From Bugula neritina (lineage: Eukaryota; Animalia; Bryozoa): a stretch of DNA of 64,000 nt. Each line of letters begins with the position of its first letter. Within the stretch, counting starts at the first letter, position 1. Shown piece after piece: positions 48,165-62,400 of this stretch. The notes beneath the pieces are model-generated. The model searched no databases and was not told the DNA's origin. It worked only from the letters and a program-made list of their open reading frames with translations. Location: positions 31,052,773-31,116,772 of the forward strand of contig OZ037766.1 of NCBI GenBank assembly GCA_964035545.1, given 5' to 3'. A program made the position numbers and the translations under genes.

Positions 48165-51100
48165 ACTCAAAAGTTGTACTACAGTTTATATAATAATAGT
48201 ATTGCAAGAATGTTTTATAGTACAAAAATAATTTTTATGCAAAACTAAGCTACATTAATTTATTAAATCAAAGTTTTATCTTATTGAATGTATCTTATTA
48301 GAGGATGGAAGTTATGATCACAATTTATATGGCCAAAGATAAATAACTACACATTATGCATATTAATTTGTGGAAGAATTTAATTATTATTATTTTCTAA
48401 AAAAAAGTCGCTACCGAAACATCAAGAGAGTTTGTTAACTTCTCTTAAACATTATAGTGATATAGCTTCCTCGTTTGATTAGAGTTTTGACTAGTTATTA
48501 CCCTGATTAGCTTTGCAAATATCTATAATTATAAAGTGGCCTGCTTGTCATATATACCAGATTTATGGCTTGTAGTTATGGATTACATGGGTTTTATCTG
48601 TGCTAATATTTATGTGGTAATTATTGCATTACAATGCCCAATTAATTGCTGTAAGAGTGAGTTAATTGCATAATTGTTTCAAGATTAAAAAATAAGTTAG
48701 CTAATATTGTTGATGTATACATAAATATTATTAAAAGTATTATGCAAGCTAGATAATAGCATTTTAATTACAAATAAGCAAGATGAAAATTGTGGGCCCT
48801 CATACAACACTTAGGTTATCTTTGCAAAAAAACCTATCTTACAAGTTTGTCTACAAGTTTTAGAGACTTAAATTACTTGGCTCTATAAGTTTAGACCTGA
48901 AAGATAAGATCAATACTGAATTATGGAAAATATAAATTGAAAATAGGCTCTTGAGCTGATTCCACTGCACAGTTAATGCTTTATAACTTAGCATTCTATT
49001 ACAGCTTTTAAATACTAGCTAAACTAAGCTCTTTTAACCAGCAGTATGAGATGGTAGATCAGCCTTCCTACATTGTGATAACAATTATAGAACTGAGCTA
49101 GAAAATCAATGATTAATTTTATAAGTGATTATCATGGACTAGGCACAATAGCCAGTTCACACTTTAAGATGTGGCTACAAAGAGAAAGTGACTGCAGCAT
49201 ATACTTCAGGCTTCTTTGAGTCTGTAAGCATATGGCTTTTCTAAATACTGCTATTACTAAAAGTAGAAGTCCTGACAGCTAAACTTTGACAATAACTTCT
49301 GTAGTTGGATGTGAACAGCTCTTACGAAGGAATCTAAAGCTTTATTTCAGATAGTATGTATTGAATTATGTGATAAACAGGTGCTAACGGAATTGTAGTC
49401 CAAGTTTTTATTATAGCAGATTACAAGTTTAAATGTTGTGTCATTCAAAGTGTTTATCTGACCACATCAATGCTCTAAGTTTTGATGTTATTTTACTTTT
49501 ATCTAAATTTTACTAAGTAGGTACACCATCTATAGAATATATGCAGTTTATCTATATGATCTATACAATCTAATCCATATATTATACCTACATCTATAAT
49601 CTATACCATGTATATATACTATTCATACTGTCTATGTATATTATTTATAGGCTACAATATATCTATATATACATGCAACTATACAATTTATACCCTGTGT
49701 TCTAACTGTTATGGGAACTACATGCATTGAATGTAGAATCTCAGGCCATACAAACCAGCCACCAGTAGCCTAACTCTGTTAAGGTGCAACATTTTAGTTT
49801 TCCAGGAATTCCGTTTAGGCAGCCTAGTATGTTATTCTTTGATCTTTTTCCTATAAATATAATACGCTGTAAAGTAAGGGTGTCATTTATAGCCCTTAAA
49901 AACACTTTTTTGTGTAAACTTAGGGCCTGAGTCTACAAATCTAATTGAAGCTCTTCACGCACTCACCCAATTAAAGTGTTGATCAAATCACACGAGTAAT
50001 TAGTCAGAAATAAGTCCACAAGGAGATGCTATCCACGCGTAGAGAGCTCTTTACTATCACTGTATGACCCTTAATTATTGGCTATTTGCATTGATGTTCA
50101 TGAAATCATCACTCTGCTCTCAATTGACAGCTGCTGCCGAGCTATGATGTCATGGTAGACAGATTTGAAAGAAAAACTTAGATAATTTTTGGTTGCTGTC
50201 ATCAGATGCAATGCATTGAAATTCATCAATTTACTTGCTCTTCCATTTTGTAGGTCAGATTATAAGGGTTATTACATATTACATAATATATTATTTACAT
50301 AAGAATACAACACCTTGGCTAATGCATTCTCCTATAGTGTTACATGTTCCACATAATACACTGTAGCAATACATGTAGCATTACTATATACTATATACTA
50401 CTACTAGAATTATACTATACAGTATTATAAATTTATAAATAAAATAACATAATTTTAATTAGTTTTCAGAATGACATCCAAGATTTTAAATCAACCCAAT
50501 GCTTTTATTTTTAAAGAACAATGATGAAACAAGGTGGGATTTAATTCAAAAGAATCATGGATCTTTTTTATTCAACAGTGTAGTAGAACAGTTATGATCA
50601 AAAGTCAAAATATTTGAACGTATAATTAGCTATATATTGTTCATGAAATATTAAAACTGTGTTATATATTTTTACTATATTATTTCAGAATAGCTAGCCT
50701 TCCATGACTGCAAAAAGGAACCATTTTTAATTTCACCAACTAAGAAGTAAATTATGAAATAATTACTTTTCTGCATCGCATACCACAATAAACCATTCAA
50801 ATGTCAGATGTGCCTGTGATTATATGAGAAACTTTAACTTTGCAACTATAGTATAGACTGTAGGAAACATTGTGCCAATAAATTAGTTTCACTAGAACCT
50901 AAGCTATCTCTGAAGAAAAACAGGCTGCCTAGGTGTAAGCCCTTCCTTTCAGAGAACCCTAGGGCATAAGAACCTGGGTTATGCTGATGTAATAATAGTT
51001 TAATTATTTGAGTGCATTGTCTGTTTGTAAAGTTGTTGAAGCTGTAAAGCATAAGGGATGAGAAAACTAACAAATTAAATAATTATAGGCCTCTTTTCTT

Positions 51101-52107
51101 CTGAGTCATGACTGGGATAATAAGGGTAGCTGAGAAACCACCCATCAACTTCTTAAGTTAGGTTTTAGTATATGGGTTACCACGTTGCCATGGTGACATG
51201 ATGCTATGGGTGGAATTTTGTTAAGCTGAGTATATTATATTCATTATAATGAAGCTCACCAATGCGAATGAACACCGGTATCTAAAGCAAAAGTTTTACT
51301 TCAACTTAAAGAATATAAATGTAAGTAATTCACTAAAAGATTTCGATTTTAAGTTTTATTTTCAATTTCAAATGGGACATTCAACGTTGCATAAAATATC
51401 AGGGTATGTTAAAATGATGAGTGGTTTGCTTGACTTTATTCTATTTTATGACTTGTCCATGAACTTTGCTGGCAAATCAATTTGTGTAAAGATACAAAGC
51501 ATTAGATTTTCAGCACTTTCATTGCTAGATAGCTAGAACTGACATATTGCAGTGTGATAATACCTCAAGTATACTTATACTGCAAGTAGAAACTTTCAAG
51601 TGTAGTCTAGTGTTTACATTCGCCCTTTGAACTCTGTCTCTCTACTCTCAGAGGTATAATCTGCACTTGATTGTCAGCACATCAGCTGTTAGAGCATCTT
51701 GATTCAGACTTTTCACTATGTACAGTTTAACATATTATAAGTTTGGATATGGAAACTAATAAACATTAATTTTGTTATCAATTACACCAACCGTCAATTT
51801 TTTGCTTTTCAATTAGATTGTAATAATGCCCTAATGTAAAATAATGCTAATATATACTGTGAAAAAGCCGAAGTGGTTATAAATTAGATTTTAAAATCTC
51901 CATATAAAACTGCAGACATATAAATGTGTAGCTTATAGCAGATGTTTGTAGAGTACTAGTCTATTCTAAAAAGTAAACAGATTAAACTGTTATCAAAAAT
52001 GTAAATCAGTATATCTGTTGGCAAATCACCATGTTTAATTAACAATGGCTGTCTTAACCCCCTATATTCTGTTTCATAGAATGACCAGTGTTACGTGACT
52101 TAAGAAT

Positions 52108-52215
52108 AACAGTGTAGACTTGAGACTAACAGTATAAACTTGACACTAATAGTATAAACTTAAAACTAACAGTGTAGACTTGAGACTAACAGTATAGACT
52201 TGAGGCTAACAGTGT
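52108..52215 (+). repeat. 21-bp tandem repeat, about 5 copies
   Basis: Unit approximately AACAGT(G/A)TA(G/A)ACTTGAGACT. Confidence 0.7.
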
Positions 52216-52725
52216 TAGTTTTGACAACAAAGCATTTTGATAAAAGTTTGCTAATATAATATAAAGCAGAAGGGGTGTAACTGTGGCTAATGTTTTCTAT
52301 CAAAAGCACATTATTTGTGTTTTTGAAGCATAACCTTTGATAATATTTAATCAGTTATCATAGTTTGAAGTTTAAATATTCAATAGCAGTATGTTGAACA
52401 ATTTAAATACTCTCTAAAGACAGTCTACATCCTCATTTGTTTGAGTAATTGGAATATTTATTTGCCCAGTGTCCTATAACTATTATCTTTAAACAAGGCT
52501 CCCTTTGTCATCGGCCCTTAATTTTCAAACTTGAATAGCTCCTAAGTATTATAATTAGTGTTGGGATATTGACTCCAATAACACTGTTAGTCATTTATGG
52601 ACCAAACTGCCTCCCCAAACTGTCTGCATGTCAATTAAACAAAATGCTTATATATTTAATAGAGAACAGAAAGAAGTTGGAAAGAGATGCAGAATATACA
52701 TAGAAGTCTACACATAGTCTGAGAA

Positions 52726-55700
52726 ATGGCTAGATCTACTCCTCATACACTGGTGTTAGTAATGTCTGCGTTAGCGTGGGCTACTCATGCAAAAATTACT
52801 CCTTGTTCACCTGGTAAGTCTTGATATGCTTTATAGTAGCCATGTGTGTCTTTAGACAGCAGCTTTTCTGTTAATTGTAATAGACATTATGGAGTTAAAG
52901 CTCCTCCGACCGTAACTCGTACTATTAAGTAGCCATAGCAGTCTGCAGGCTAAAGGAAATGATCTAGCAATTGTTGAATTAGGTTAATAGTTTGAATCCT
53001 GGCAAGGCTATGAGTGATGGAGAAGGGCATTTGGAAATGTAACCGAGTTTGTGCTGCCAATAAAACTTTGACCAAGTCATGCTGCCATCACTTCTTGAGG
53101 CAAAAATTATCAGAATCTTGAAAATTACTACTCGAGGGAATATAGAAAACCCACAAAGATTAAACATTTCTCCTTAAAGTAGAAACCCTCTAAGCTTGCT
53201 CTGACAACAGAAGAGCTGGCTGGATATTCAAAGGATACTAACATCAGCTTAGAGCATATTATTAGTGATTATTGCTGATAAGAAATTATTCAGCTGCTTA
53301 TAGCTTTTCTGGAATGTTCCAAGAATTTGCTTGGTAGACAGCAAAGAGAAATGGGGTGGGGGTTAGTTCACAATCAACTAGTTCGTGTTAGTATAGTTAC
53401 ACAATCACATTTGTTTTGCTTTTTTTTATGAAGAGTAAAACAAATATTGGTTATTAACTTGCTTCAAATCTTATGAACTAAGTCTGGAACTCCTAGATGG
53501 CTTGCTAGCATGGCAGCTCTAGAGTTCAATATAACAATACATTGTGATTCAAATTGCTATATAATCAGACAAGTGAACTTTTGGTACCCAGGGTGTGTTT
53601 ATCTTCAGTTAAAACTGTGTGACTATACATAATGAGTGAACTGAAACTTTTTGACTTCCTTTTATCTGCTTCATCATGTAAATTACTACATAGTATATTA
53701 TAATTTATAATAATCAGCAGCTATTATATATCATATAAGGACCATGCATGTATTCCATGCCTAAGCACTATAGAGCAAATTAGATTCATTGGCATAGACT
53801 TTTCATAACCTCTCTGTCTGGGCAGTAGTTTCCTCTTGCAACCTGTGCACGTTAAGTCTCAACTTGCTCACCATCTCACCACGTAGTCTCCAAGTGTTTA
53901 GAGGTTACAGAAACATTCCTCTTGCATTATGACAACTGCACTAATTATAATATAACTGTGGAAGTATAAGCTGGGATAATCTCCAGTGCAGACATAACCA
54001 TATTGTCATTGCTACTATTAGAGATGTTTTTCAGGTTTATACAGCTACGTTATTTCTTAGTGCAGTAGAGAGGTACTTTGACTAACCGCTCAAATCTTCA
54101 TTTCCCGTTTGACCGATGGACGTTTAGTAGCCATTTCCTGTTTTCTGATATTGGCTTGCTAACCACACCGTCAAACGTTTGAAGTTGTGAACATGTTTTA
54201 TGGCTTATATTTCAAGATTTATTTTTGTAACTAGTTGAAGCAGTATTTACAGTGCCAATGCAAAAAGTTCCTGTTTTAGTATGTTGACTGCCATCTTTCT
54301 TTTAGTGTTTAAAGCCAGAAATACGCAGTATAGAAGCAAGCGGTATACTAGTCTAGTCACTAGTATAAAGTTTTTGTTAGATGATTGTTTAGTGCAAGTT
54401 GGGTGCAATGCTGGCATAAGCAGAGTTTACAATTTTTCTGTAGATGACATCAACTGTGATTGTGAAAGAATCCTATCAGCTGCAGATACCTACAAGATGA
54501 CTTGCTCTAGAGAAAGCTTAGCTCGAGTTCCAAAGCTGACAAAACAAGTAGAAGAACTGCACATGTCACACACATCCCTTACACAGACTGCTATCAGCCA
54601 GGATTCATTTAGAGAGGCCGAAAACCTTAAGGTATAAGTTACTTAGTGCTAATGGAACTTTAGCTAGCAAGGATAACCATTTATGTTTACTGCGTGATTA
54701 AACAGGAAATTAGTCTAAATATAGAATTAATTATCATTATGAGCATATAATAAGCAGATCAGTTACCCATATTTATGCATATGTTCAAACTAAAGTGGTT
54801 TTTGGTGCATTAAATTACCCGTGGTTTAGGGGTTAGAGAGTAGTAAGAACAAAGTCATGGGTACGAGCCTCAACAAAGGCTATTTGTGATGTTGGGAAGA
54901 GCATCCAGTCATAATTGCTCCTGTGCCCTATCTAAATATAAGTCCATTTCTGTCACGTAAATATTGGCATGGTTAAGCTCAAGACCAAGAGATATAAATA
55001 TAACATGGACACGAACAGCAACGCTGCAACTGTCAAAATTGTCTGTAGTGAAAATAAAGTTTTACTGAAAAAATATACAATTTTTTGTTGTGAAACTTTT
55101 AGACACTGACAATAGAGTCGTGTGACATCAGCGCTGTGGAAACCTCAGCATTTAACTCTTTGTATTCTTTACAACGGATCAGCCTAGCCCGTAACAACAT
55201 CAAGTCTCTACCCAATCAGGTCTTTGCCAACCTCAACTTCCTACTTGAGCTCGGTGAGTCAACTATAGACTGTTTACCGTCCTTAAATATGGCTGATTTA
55301 TATTGTAACATATCGGTCTTTACTAGAGACTTTTCTTAGTTCTAAAGATTTATTAAGTGAGTCAAATAGGCAAAGCTTTAAATATTTCAAATATTAGCTT
55401 TATAAGATTTGTCTTCTAATGATTAGAAAACGCTATTATAATAGATTTTTCTTGTTACCAGCTCCTAGTAACAAATCATGATATTTTATTTCTCATGTTT
55501 TACATGTTACAGATTTATCCTACAATTCAATAGACTCGTTAACATCAGAAACATTTGATGGACTTAGAAACTTGAATAGCCTAGACTTATCCTACAATAG
55601 CCTTCAATCACTCCCCGGCAATATTTTTCAACATCTGACAAGTCTTAAAGTTCTCAGGCTAGAAAGTGGCTTGCTGGGTATTGAAAGACTTCCGGATGAC

Positions 55701-58700
55701 ACACTTGCCCACAACGCTCAGTTGGAAGAACTGCACTTAGAGAGAAATAAGATCAGACAACTCCAACCAGTATTATTTGGTAAGGCATACAAGAAAATAA
55801 TGCAAATGTCAAATTGTTTTGATGAGAAAGTAGCTTTGCACTAAAAATGCACGAAACTTCAGTTTTGATGACCATTCTTATTTAAAATGAATCTTGCCCC
55901 CAGACAGCACCTTGAAATTTTAGATTTCGTGTTTGATATAAAAGCATGCAGTTTTTTAGGGCTAGTTTTACATATACTATAGTAGTGCTGGGAAAGAAGA
56001 GCCACATTGCTATTTGCTACTAGTTATTCAACTTAAACTGTGCAACAATCACATATTAGCAGTTGTATATTTTAGCCAAAGTACAGCTAAAAAAACTCTT
56101 TGTGAATGAAAATGAAATCAAGTCAATCTCTGCTGATCTTCTGCAAAACTTGAATGGATTGTCAGAGTTGGATATTAGCAATAATCCGTTTATCTGCAAC
56201 TGTGAACTCGTGGGTTATAAAAGCTGGATAGATGGAATGGTATGCCTATTACATCATATCCTATTGTATTGCCCATAGACATAATCTTATGGAAAATGCA
56301 TTATACTGCTAGGTCTAGCATTTAGTGTAGGATTATGTGTAGAATGCATTGTGTACAGAACATGTTAGTAGTTCAGTAATACAGAGAGAGTGAAATCAGT
56401 GTATTAAAAAAATTGCTGTTTAACTAAAAGCTTTTGATGGCTTTTTCTCTGAAAGCTTTTATATATAATACCAATGCTATAATACAACATTCTGTCTGTA
56501 TACACTCACCATCAAGGTGATCCAGTATCACAGAAAATGTTTTCATGTAGTCAAGCTTACAGCATACTATGATTGACATAAACGTGTTGTAGACATCAAG
56601 GAAATGGTCCCCAGACAAGACAGGAAGCTGTAGCAGTCCGTCCGAGTTATATAATCAGTATATTAGTACTCTTCCTCTCAATCAGTTCACATGCACCGAG
56701 ACAACCGCGCCTACAACTGATGACGTGACGTCATTTATTTCAGAGAGAGTGACTCAGCATGAGACCGCTGAAACCCACTCAATAGAAAGAGTTGTTACTA
56801 CTAGTGAGCCTGGGGTTAAAGTTATAGAAGTTGAATCTATAGTACAGGTAAGCTAGTCATCATACCACTATAGAATAGCCATATATGGAAAGTACTTGAT
56901 GGGATACAATGTGGTATATTTGTCAAAATGCACCAGAGGCTAGTAAGCTGAAAATCTGCAGCAGACGGCATAATTAGAGGCTGATTTAGTCTAAATGTGC
57001 ACTGATTACACCGCCATGTAGGGAATCCGTAATTACTCTTCATGTTTGATTTTTAGAAAATTAATGTGTAGTTTTCTTGTAAACCGGAATTAGAGATTTT
57101 CTAATGGAGTGAATGTTTTAGGTATATCTAAACTAAAACTGACATTTTTATAAATCTATGTCTCTCTAGAGGAACCTATTCAGCTCTGTAGATCATTTTT
57201 GTTGCATTAATTACCAGTAAAAAGCTGTTAGGTTTAATTCTTCTTATTCATACACTAGCTTCAGTTTATTAAAAATTATAGTATAAATTACAGTAATTTT
57301 ATGTTTCAGACTACTCAGCAAGGCCTGACAAAATCCTTGGAGAGGTCAGTTATCATTGGTTGCTCAATAGGGGGTGCTTTTCTGCTCATTTCTGTCAACA
57401 TAATGATTATCTGCTGTGTTAGATGGTCAAAAAGGCACACTGGGACTAGAAAAATGAAATATATTATCAGACCAGATGAGCTAGAGGGCGCAACTGTGAG
57501 TCTATAAAGCAAACTTCTAGTTTTAAATTACATTTAGTCACATGATACAATGAAATGTTTATAATTGCTTAAAAATGCTAAAAGTTGCTATGACTATCAG
57601 TTTTTGTAACAAATTAACAGATTTTTTAAATTATCAACTTATTTTGGTTTTCCTATTTACCTTCAGGATGAACCAGTGGAAGACACAACTCCTTATAAAC
57701 AGCCTACTGTAAATGGCACTGGCCCTGGATATATAATTAGTAACGGAGTGTCAGGGTTTTACCATACAGGGAGTAGGAGTCGTCTGCACAGTGCAGAGCA
57801 AGAACATTTAGAATATAACGCTGCATCACATCTACCTAATAAACTGAAAGGTGATCATGACCAAGAAGATGTATTGTCTAGCCAATACGAAAACAGCGTC
57901 TTCCGTAAGTCAAGATATGTTTGCCCATAATTCAGCTGTGGTGCTTGCTTCTAGAATAACAAGATTATAGCTGATAATAAAATGTTGATCTATAATATTA
58001 AAGTGGATGTCTTCATTATTGTCTATATATTATATTTTACACAGTATAAAAGCATTGACTCCTAAAAGAGTTGAATAAAACAAATACAAAAAGACTTTTG
58101 GGTTAGTTCTAAATCAAAACGACACTGTTGCAGTAACCAGTATCATTTCTTGTGAGCAACATGCTTTTACCAGATATTTTCTTTGTAGAAATAAACCAAT
58201 ATTGTCACACACTAGTCTAAGGAATATTATACTAACATAATGCTGATAAAAGCAATTCAACAGACAACTGAATACGTTTGGTTATTGTTCTAGATATATT
58301 ATATTACTGCAAAAAGGCAACCTACCTTAAATTGTATTGCATTATAACATATTTTTGTAAAACCACATAGTACAAAATAAAAATTATCTGCCATATTGTA
58401 CTTTCAACGCAATCTCCTCTATTCTCAGTATCTGCATTTTTATGGAGACATTTCACTTTCATAAACTGTATTATTTATATTACAGAAATCACCATGCCAC
58501 CCGAATCTAGATTCCAAGATGAGCCGAACTACTCACATGCGGAATATTTAGGGGGGTCATACTGCGCACCCACATCAAGTTATCCTCCAACAAACATGAG
58601 CTATAAATCAACCAATCCGTGGTCAGAACACTCAGTTTGTTCACCAGAGTCCTTTAGAAGGGCTGGTGGTGAACCATTTGACACTATTAATAACAGTGCT

Positions 58701-59003
58701 GTCTTCCCACATTATATAGACTACATGGAGTCAGGTGACTGTGACTTTACAGCAAGTAGAGAAGTCTTATCAAGTCTCAAAAGGCCAACAGTTAAATTTT
58801 CTACAGGAAGTACGGATAGTGGCGTACATTCAAATTCCCCTTACATCACAGGGGTGGATCCAAACAATCCTTACATCACAGGCGTAGATCTTAACTCTTC
58901 CCAAATACTGGATACAGAGAGCATGTCTCCAGTTATAAGCCACCGGAACGCTTCAATGCAATCACCAAACTCCAAAAGAATTAGAAATGAAACTTATGTT
59001 TAG
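52726..59003 (+). CDS. Type I transmembrane leucine-rich-repeat protein (signal peptide, LRRNT, about 7-8 LRRs, LRRCT, Thr-rich stalk, TM, long cytoplasmic tail, no TIR), 9 exons, about 684 aa
   Basis: Exons 52726-52813 (MARSTPHTLVLVMSALAWATHA signal), 54444-54631, 55103-55253, 55513-55779, 56076-56239 (NNPFICNC), 56593-56847 (CSSP..FTC), 57310-57495 (TM VIIGCSIGGAFLLISVNIMIICCV), 57667-57904, 58486-59003 (..ETYV*). Phases consistent; LxxLxLxxN repeats. Confidence 0.88.
54819..54947 (+). mobile_element. Degenerate copy of the tRNA-derived SINE, intronic
   Basis: CCGTGGTTTAGGGGTTAGAG..CATGGGTACGAGCC..GATGTTGGGAAGAGCATCCAGTCATAATTGCTCCTGTGCC aligns with the reverse complement of 48026-48160. 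Confidence 0.8.
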
Positions 59004-59467
59004 GAATACATTAGTTCACTTTTTTACATTTTATTTTTCACTATTTATAGTTCGTCCAGAATTTAGTTGTAGATATATTGTAGTTGAAAGAATTCTCAAA
59101 CTGGTTACTAAATGAGAATAAAACCAAATATGTCTAGTAACTGGTTGACCTTCACCTAGTCGCTAGCTCAACACACGTTGATCTCACCATATCTGGATGG
59201 TAGAAGGGTGCAACTATGTGCAATGCAAGTTTCACCAATCCAGAGTTTTATTACTGATATACTCACGTCACCACGAGCAGCTCTCAGTGGAACTACGAAT
59301 TTAGATTCTATTTATTATATATTTATTATCAAACATATTACACCATATTACAATTCTTTTGAAGATTTCAAGTATTATATACAAAATAATAAATGATTAT
59401 ACTACAAACATACATATTGAAGATACTGTTTTTACACTGTCATTGCCTAAAGTTACTTGAATAACAG

Positions 59468-62400
59468 TCAAGGATCACTTTCAACGTCCAATTCAGTGGA
59501 AGGTGATAACTCCGAACGTTCAATCTTTTTGGGAATTTCCCCGGATGAGATTCGAATTAATGAGTTTTGACCTTGAGTTTTAATACTGTGTACAGTTGGT
59601 GCGGCAATAGCTGGGCCTTGTATGACGACTGGTGACAGCTTAGAAGTGGGCATCTGTTTGACAACCAGAGGGGTGGAGCCTTTCTTGAGTCCGGCCGGAG
59701 AAGACCAAGTTGTGATCATAGCGGGTCCGGCCTTGACCCCTGAGGCTAGGTAGAGTAACACACAATGTCATCCAACAGTAAGATTAGAATTTAATTATCA
59801 ACTGTTCGAATACAGTCAAACCTTTTTACATAAAGAAGTTAGATTAGTTTAACATATGTTCAGATATTTGTTGGTAAAATTCTTATACATACTAGGTAGG
59901 GTGGCGGGAGCTAGCGTACCATCTGGCTGCAGAACTCTGGTTATCATAGGCGACTTTCCTGTGGCTTTAGTAGTCAGCATTGATGTCTTCTGCAAAAGTA
60001 ATAAAATTATATGACAACTACGTGGAGAGAATAATGTACGGCATTAGGGACTAAAAGTCAGCGAATTGGCCTTTACTTAGAGATCAGCCATCAGCTCTAG
60101 TTAACCTTGACCCAGAGTAGACGACATAAAATGAAGTAGAGAAATTACTTCTACAGAAATGCGTACAATAGTATGTGCGAAAACTTGGTTAATATTTGCC
60201 GTCAAGTATTACCCTATCATCTGGGACACACAGATGTTGAATATACGAGATGAAGTGTACACATTCAGACTACAGTCACTATTGCATGTCATGGATTGCC
60301 ATGTAAGTGTGAGACAAACGTCCCTGTCTGTCTGTCCACATACTCTGCACGTACCTGTCCAGAGTTGGAAGTGAGGATGTACGCCGGGGAGGGGGTCTTC
60401 TTTTCAGCAGACGATATCAGAGCTTTCACCAGTTGAAGTTGTCCCCCTCTACCATCTGCAAGGAAACATTAAAATACAACTACATTACAATACAACTACA
60501 TTACAATACAACTACATTACAATACAACTACATTACTACACAAATATACTACTACACCACAATACAACTACATGGCAATACAACTACATTACTACACAAA
60601 TATACTACTACATTACAATACAACTACACAGCTACACAATCTGATTGGCTAAAATCTCACCTTTCTGACCAGTAAGAAGGGAGGCTGCCCTTTGACCCCC
60701 AGTAGACGCAGCCACCAGTTTCCCAGTTCCAAGTCTTTGCTGGATGTTGGAAACGTTGATTTGATTGTATATGGCCTGATGCTGGGGATCTACAGAAGAA
60801 TATATGCAGATTACACTTAAGTGTACGCTACAGATTACACCTGCAGCTATGTGCCACAGAATACACCTGAAATACTTGACATATCAGCTGCAGAAAACAT
60901 CTACAGCATAAATTAGATAATTCTAAATGTTTTAGAAAATTATGCTACATATCACCCCTGCTGCTATACAGGAAGTTCTGTATATTACAGCAGCAGTACA
61001 TACTGCAGATAACATCTACTTACTTATATGCCTGACTGCAGATGGAACAGATCTTTGGGCTGCTGCCACACTATTTGGATTAGTAGTATAAGAGGCAGCG
61101 CTGAGAGTAGCTCCGCCCACTGTAGCTTTAGCCCCTCCCACATTCTGAACTTGTATAAAGTTGGGTCTGTTGTGTTCGGGAGCAGAGGCTGAGACAACTT
61201 GCACAGCCCTAGAACCTCCAACTGAGCCCATGTTGATAGGCAGGGTCAGCCGCTCCCCGCCTGCAGTATAGAGAACACTATTACCCATTTACACATTATA
61301 CGCTATACAGTTGTGTTCCCTTCCATTCAAAAGAAACTCTACTCGCGCCAACGTGTTCAAAATAATAGTATTTGCATCTCAATATCATTTGATACTTTAC
61401 TATTAACATTTGATCACAAGTTAGACTGCTAATATAATTGCACAACACAACTGAAACTCCTAAATCGATTAAGAGAATAAAAAGAGCTTTCAGGATATAA
61501 CGAGGTGGTTGTAGGACAGACCTGGCAGCTGAACTCTAGTCAGCTGTTGCCCGGAGAGTCCAGCCCCGCCCACTACTTTCTTCCCGCCATTTCCTGGAGT
61601 CTGCACAAGTCGAGCCAAAACTGGAGTCCCAGACGGACTTCCTATAATCTTGTGCATCAGGGTTGTTGGCTGTTTACCTGAAAATATGGGACTGTTGACT
61701 AGCTGAGTCACACTAGCTGAGTCACACTAGCTGAGTCATACTAGCTGAGTCACACTAGCTGAGTCACACTAGCTGAGTCACACTAGCTGAGTCACACTAG
61801 CTGAGTCATACTAGCTGAGTCACACTAGCTGAGTCATACTAGCCGAGTCATACTAGCTGAGTCACACTAGCTGAGTCATACTAGCCGAGTCATACTAGCT
61901 GAGTCACACTAGCTGAGTCATACTAGCCGAGTCACACTAGCTGAGTCACACTAGCTGAGTCATACTAGCCGAGTCACACTAGCTGGGTCACACTAGCTGA
62001 GTCACACTAGCTGAGTCATACTAGCTGGGTCACACTAGCTGAGTCACACTAGCCGAGTCATACTAGCCGAGTCACACTAGCTGGGTCACACTAGCTGAGT
62101 CACACTAGCTGAGTCACACTAGCTGAGTCACACTAGCCGGGTCACACTAGCCGAGTCACACTAGCTGGGTCACACTAGCTGAGTCACACTAGCTGAGTCA
62201 CACTAGCTGGGTCACACTAGCTGGGTCACACTAGCTGAGTCACACTAGCTGAGTCACACTAGCTGGGTCACACTAGCTGGGTCACACTAGCTGAGTCACA
62301 CTAGCTGAGTCACACTAGCTGGGTCACACTAGCTGGGTCACACTAGCTGAGTCACACTAGCTGAGTCACACTAGCTGAGTCACACTAGCTGAGTCACACT

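Noticed and set aside
44300-52700. Short ORFs in the 8-kb AT-rich interval
   Set aside because: No motifs or consistent splice chain; treated as intergenic or 5' regulatory sequence of the LRR gene, though non-coding exons cannot be excluded.
61111-61128. CTCCGCCCACTGTAGCTT resembling the 40-bp satellite unit
   Set aside because: A match of about 14 bp inside a coding exon (KATVGGA on the minus strand); plausibly chance.
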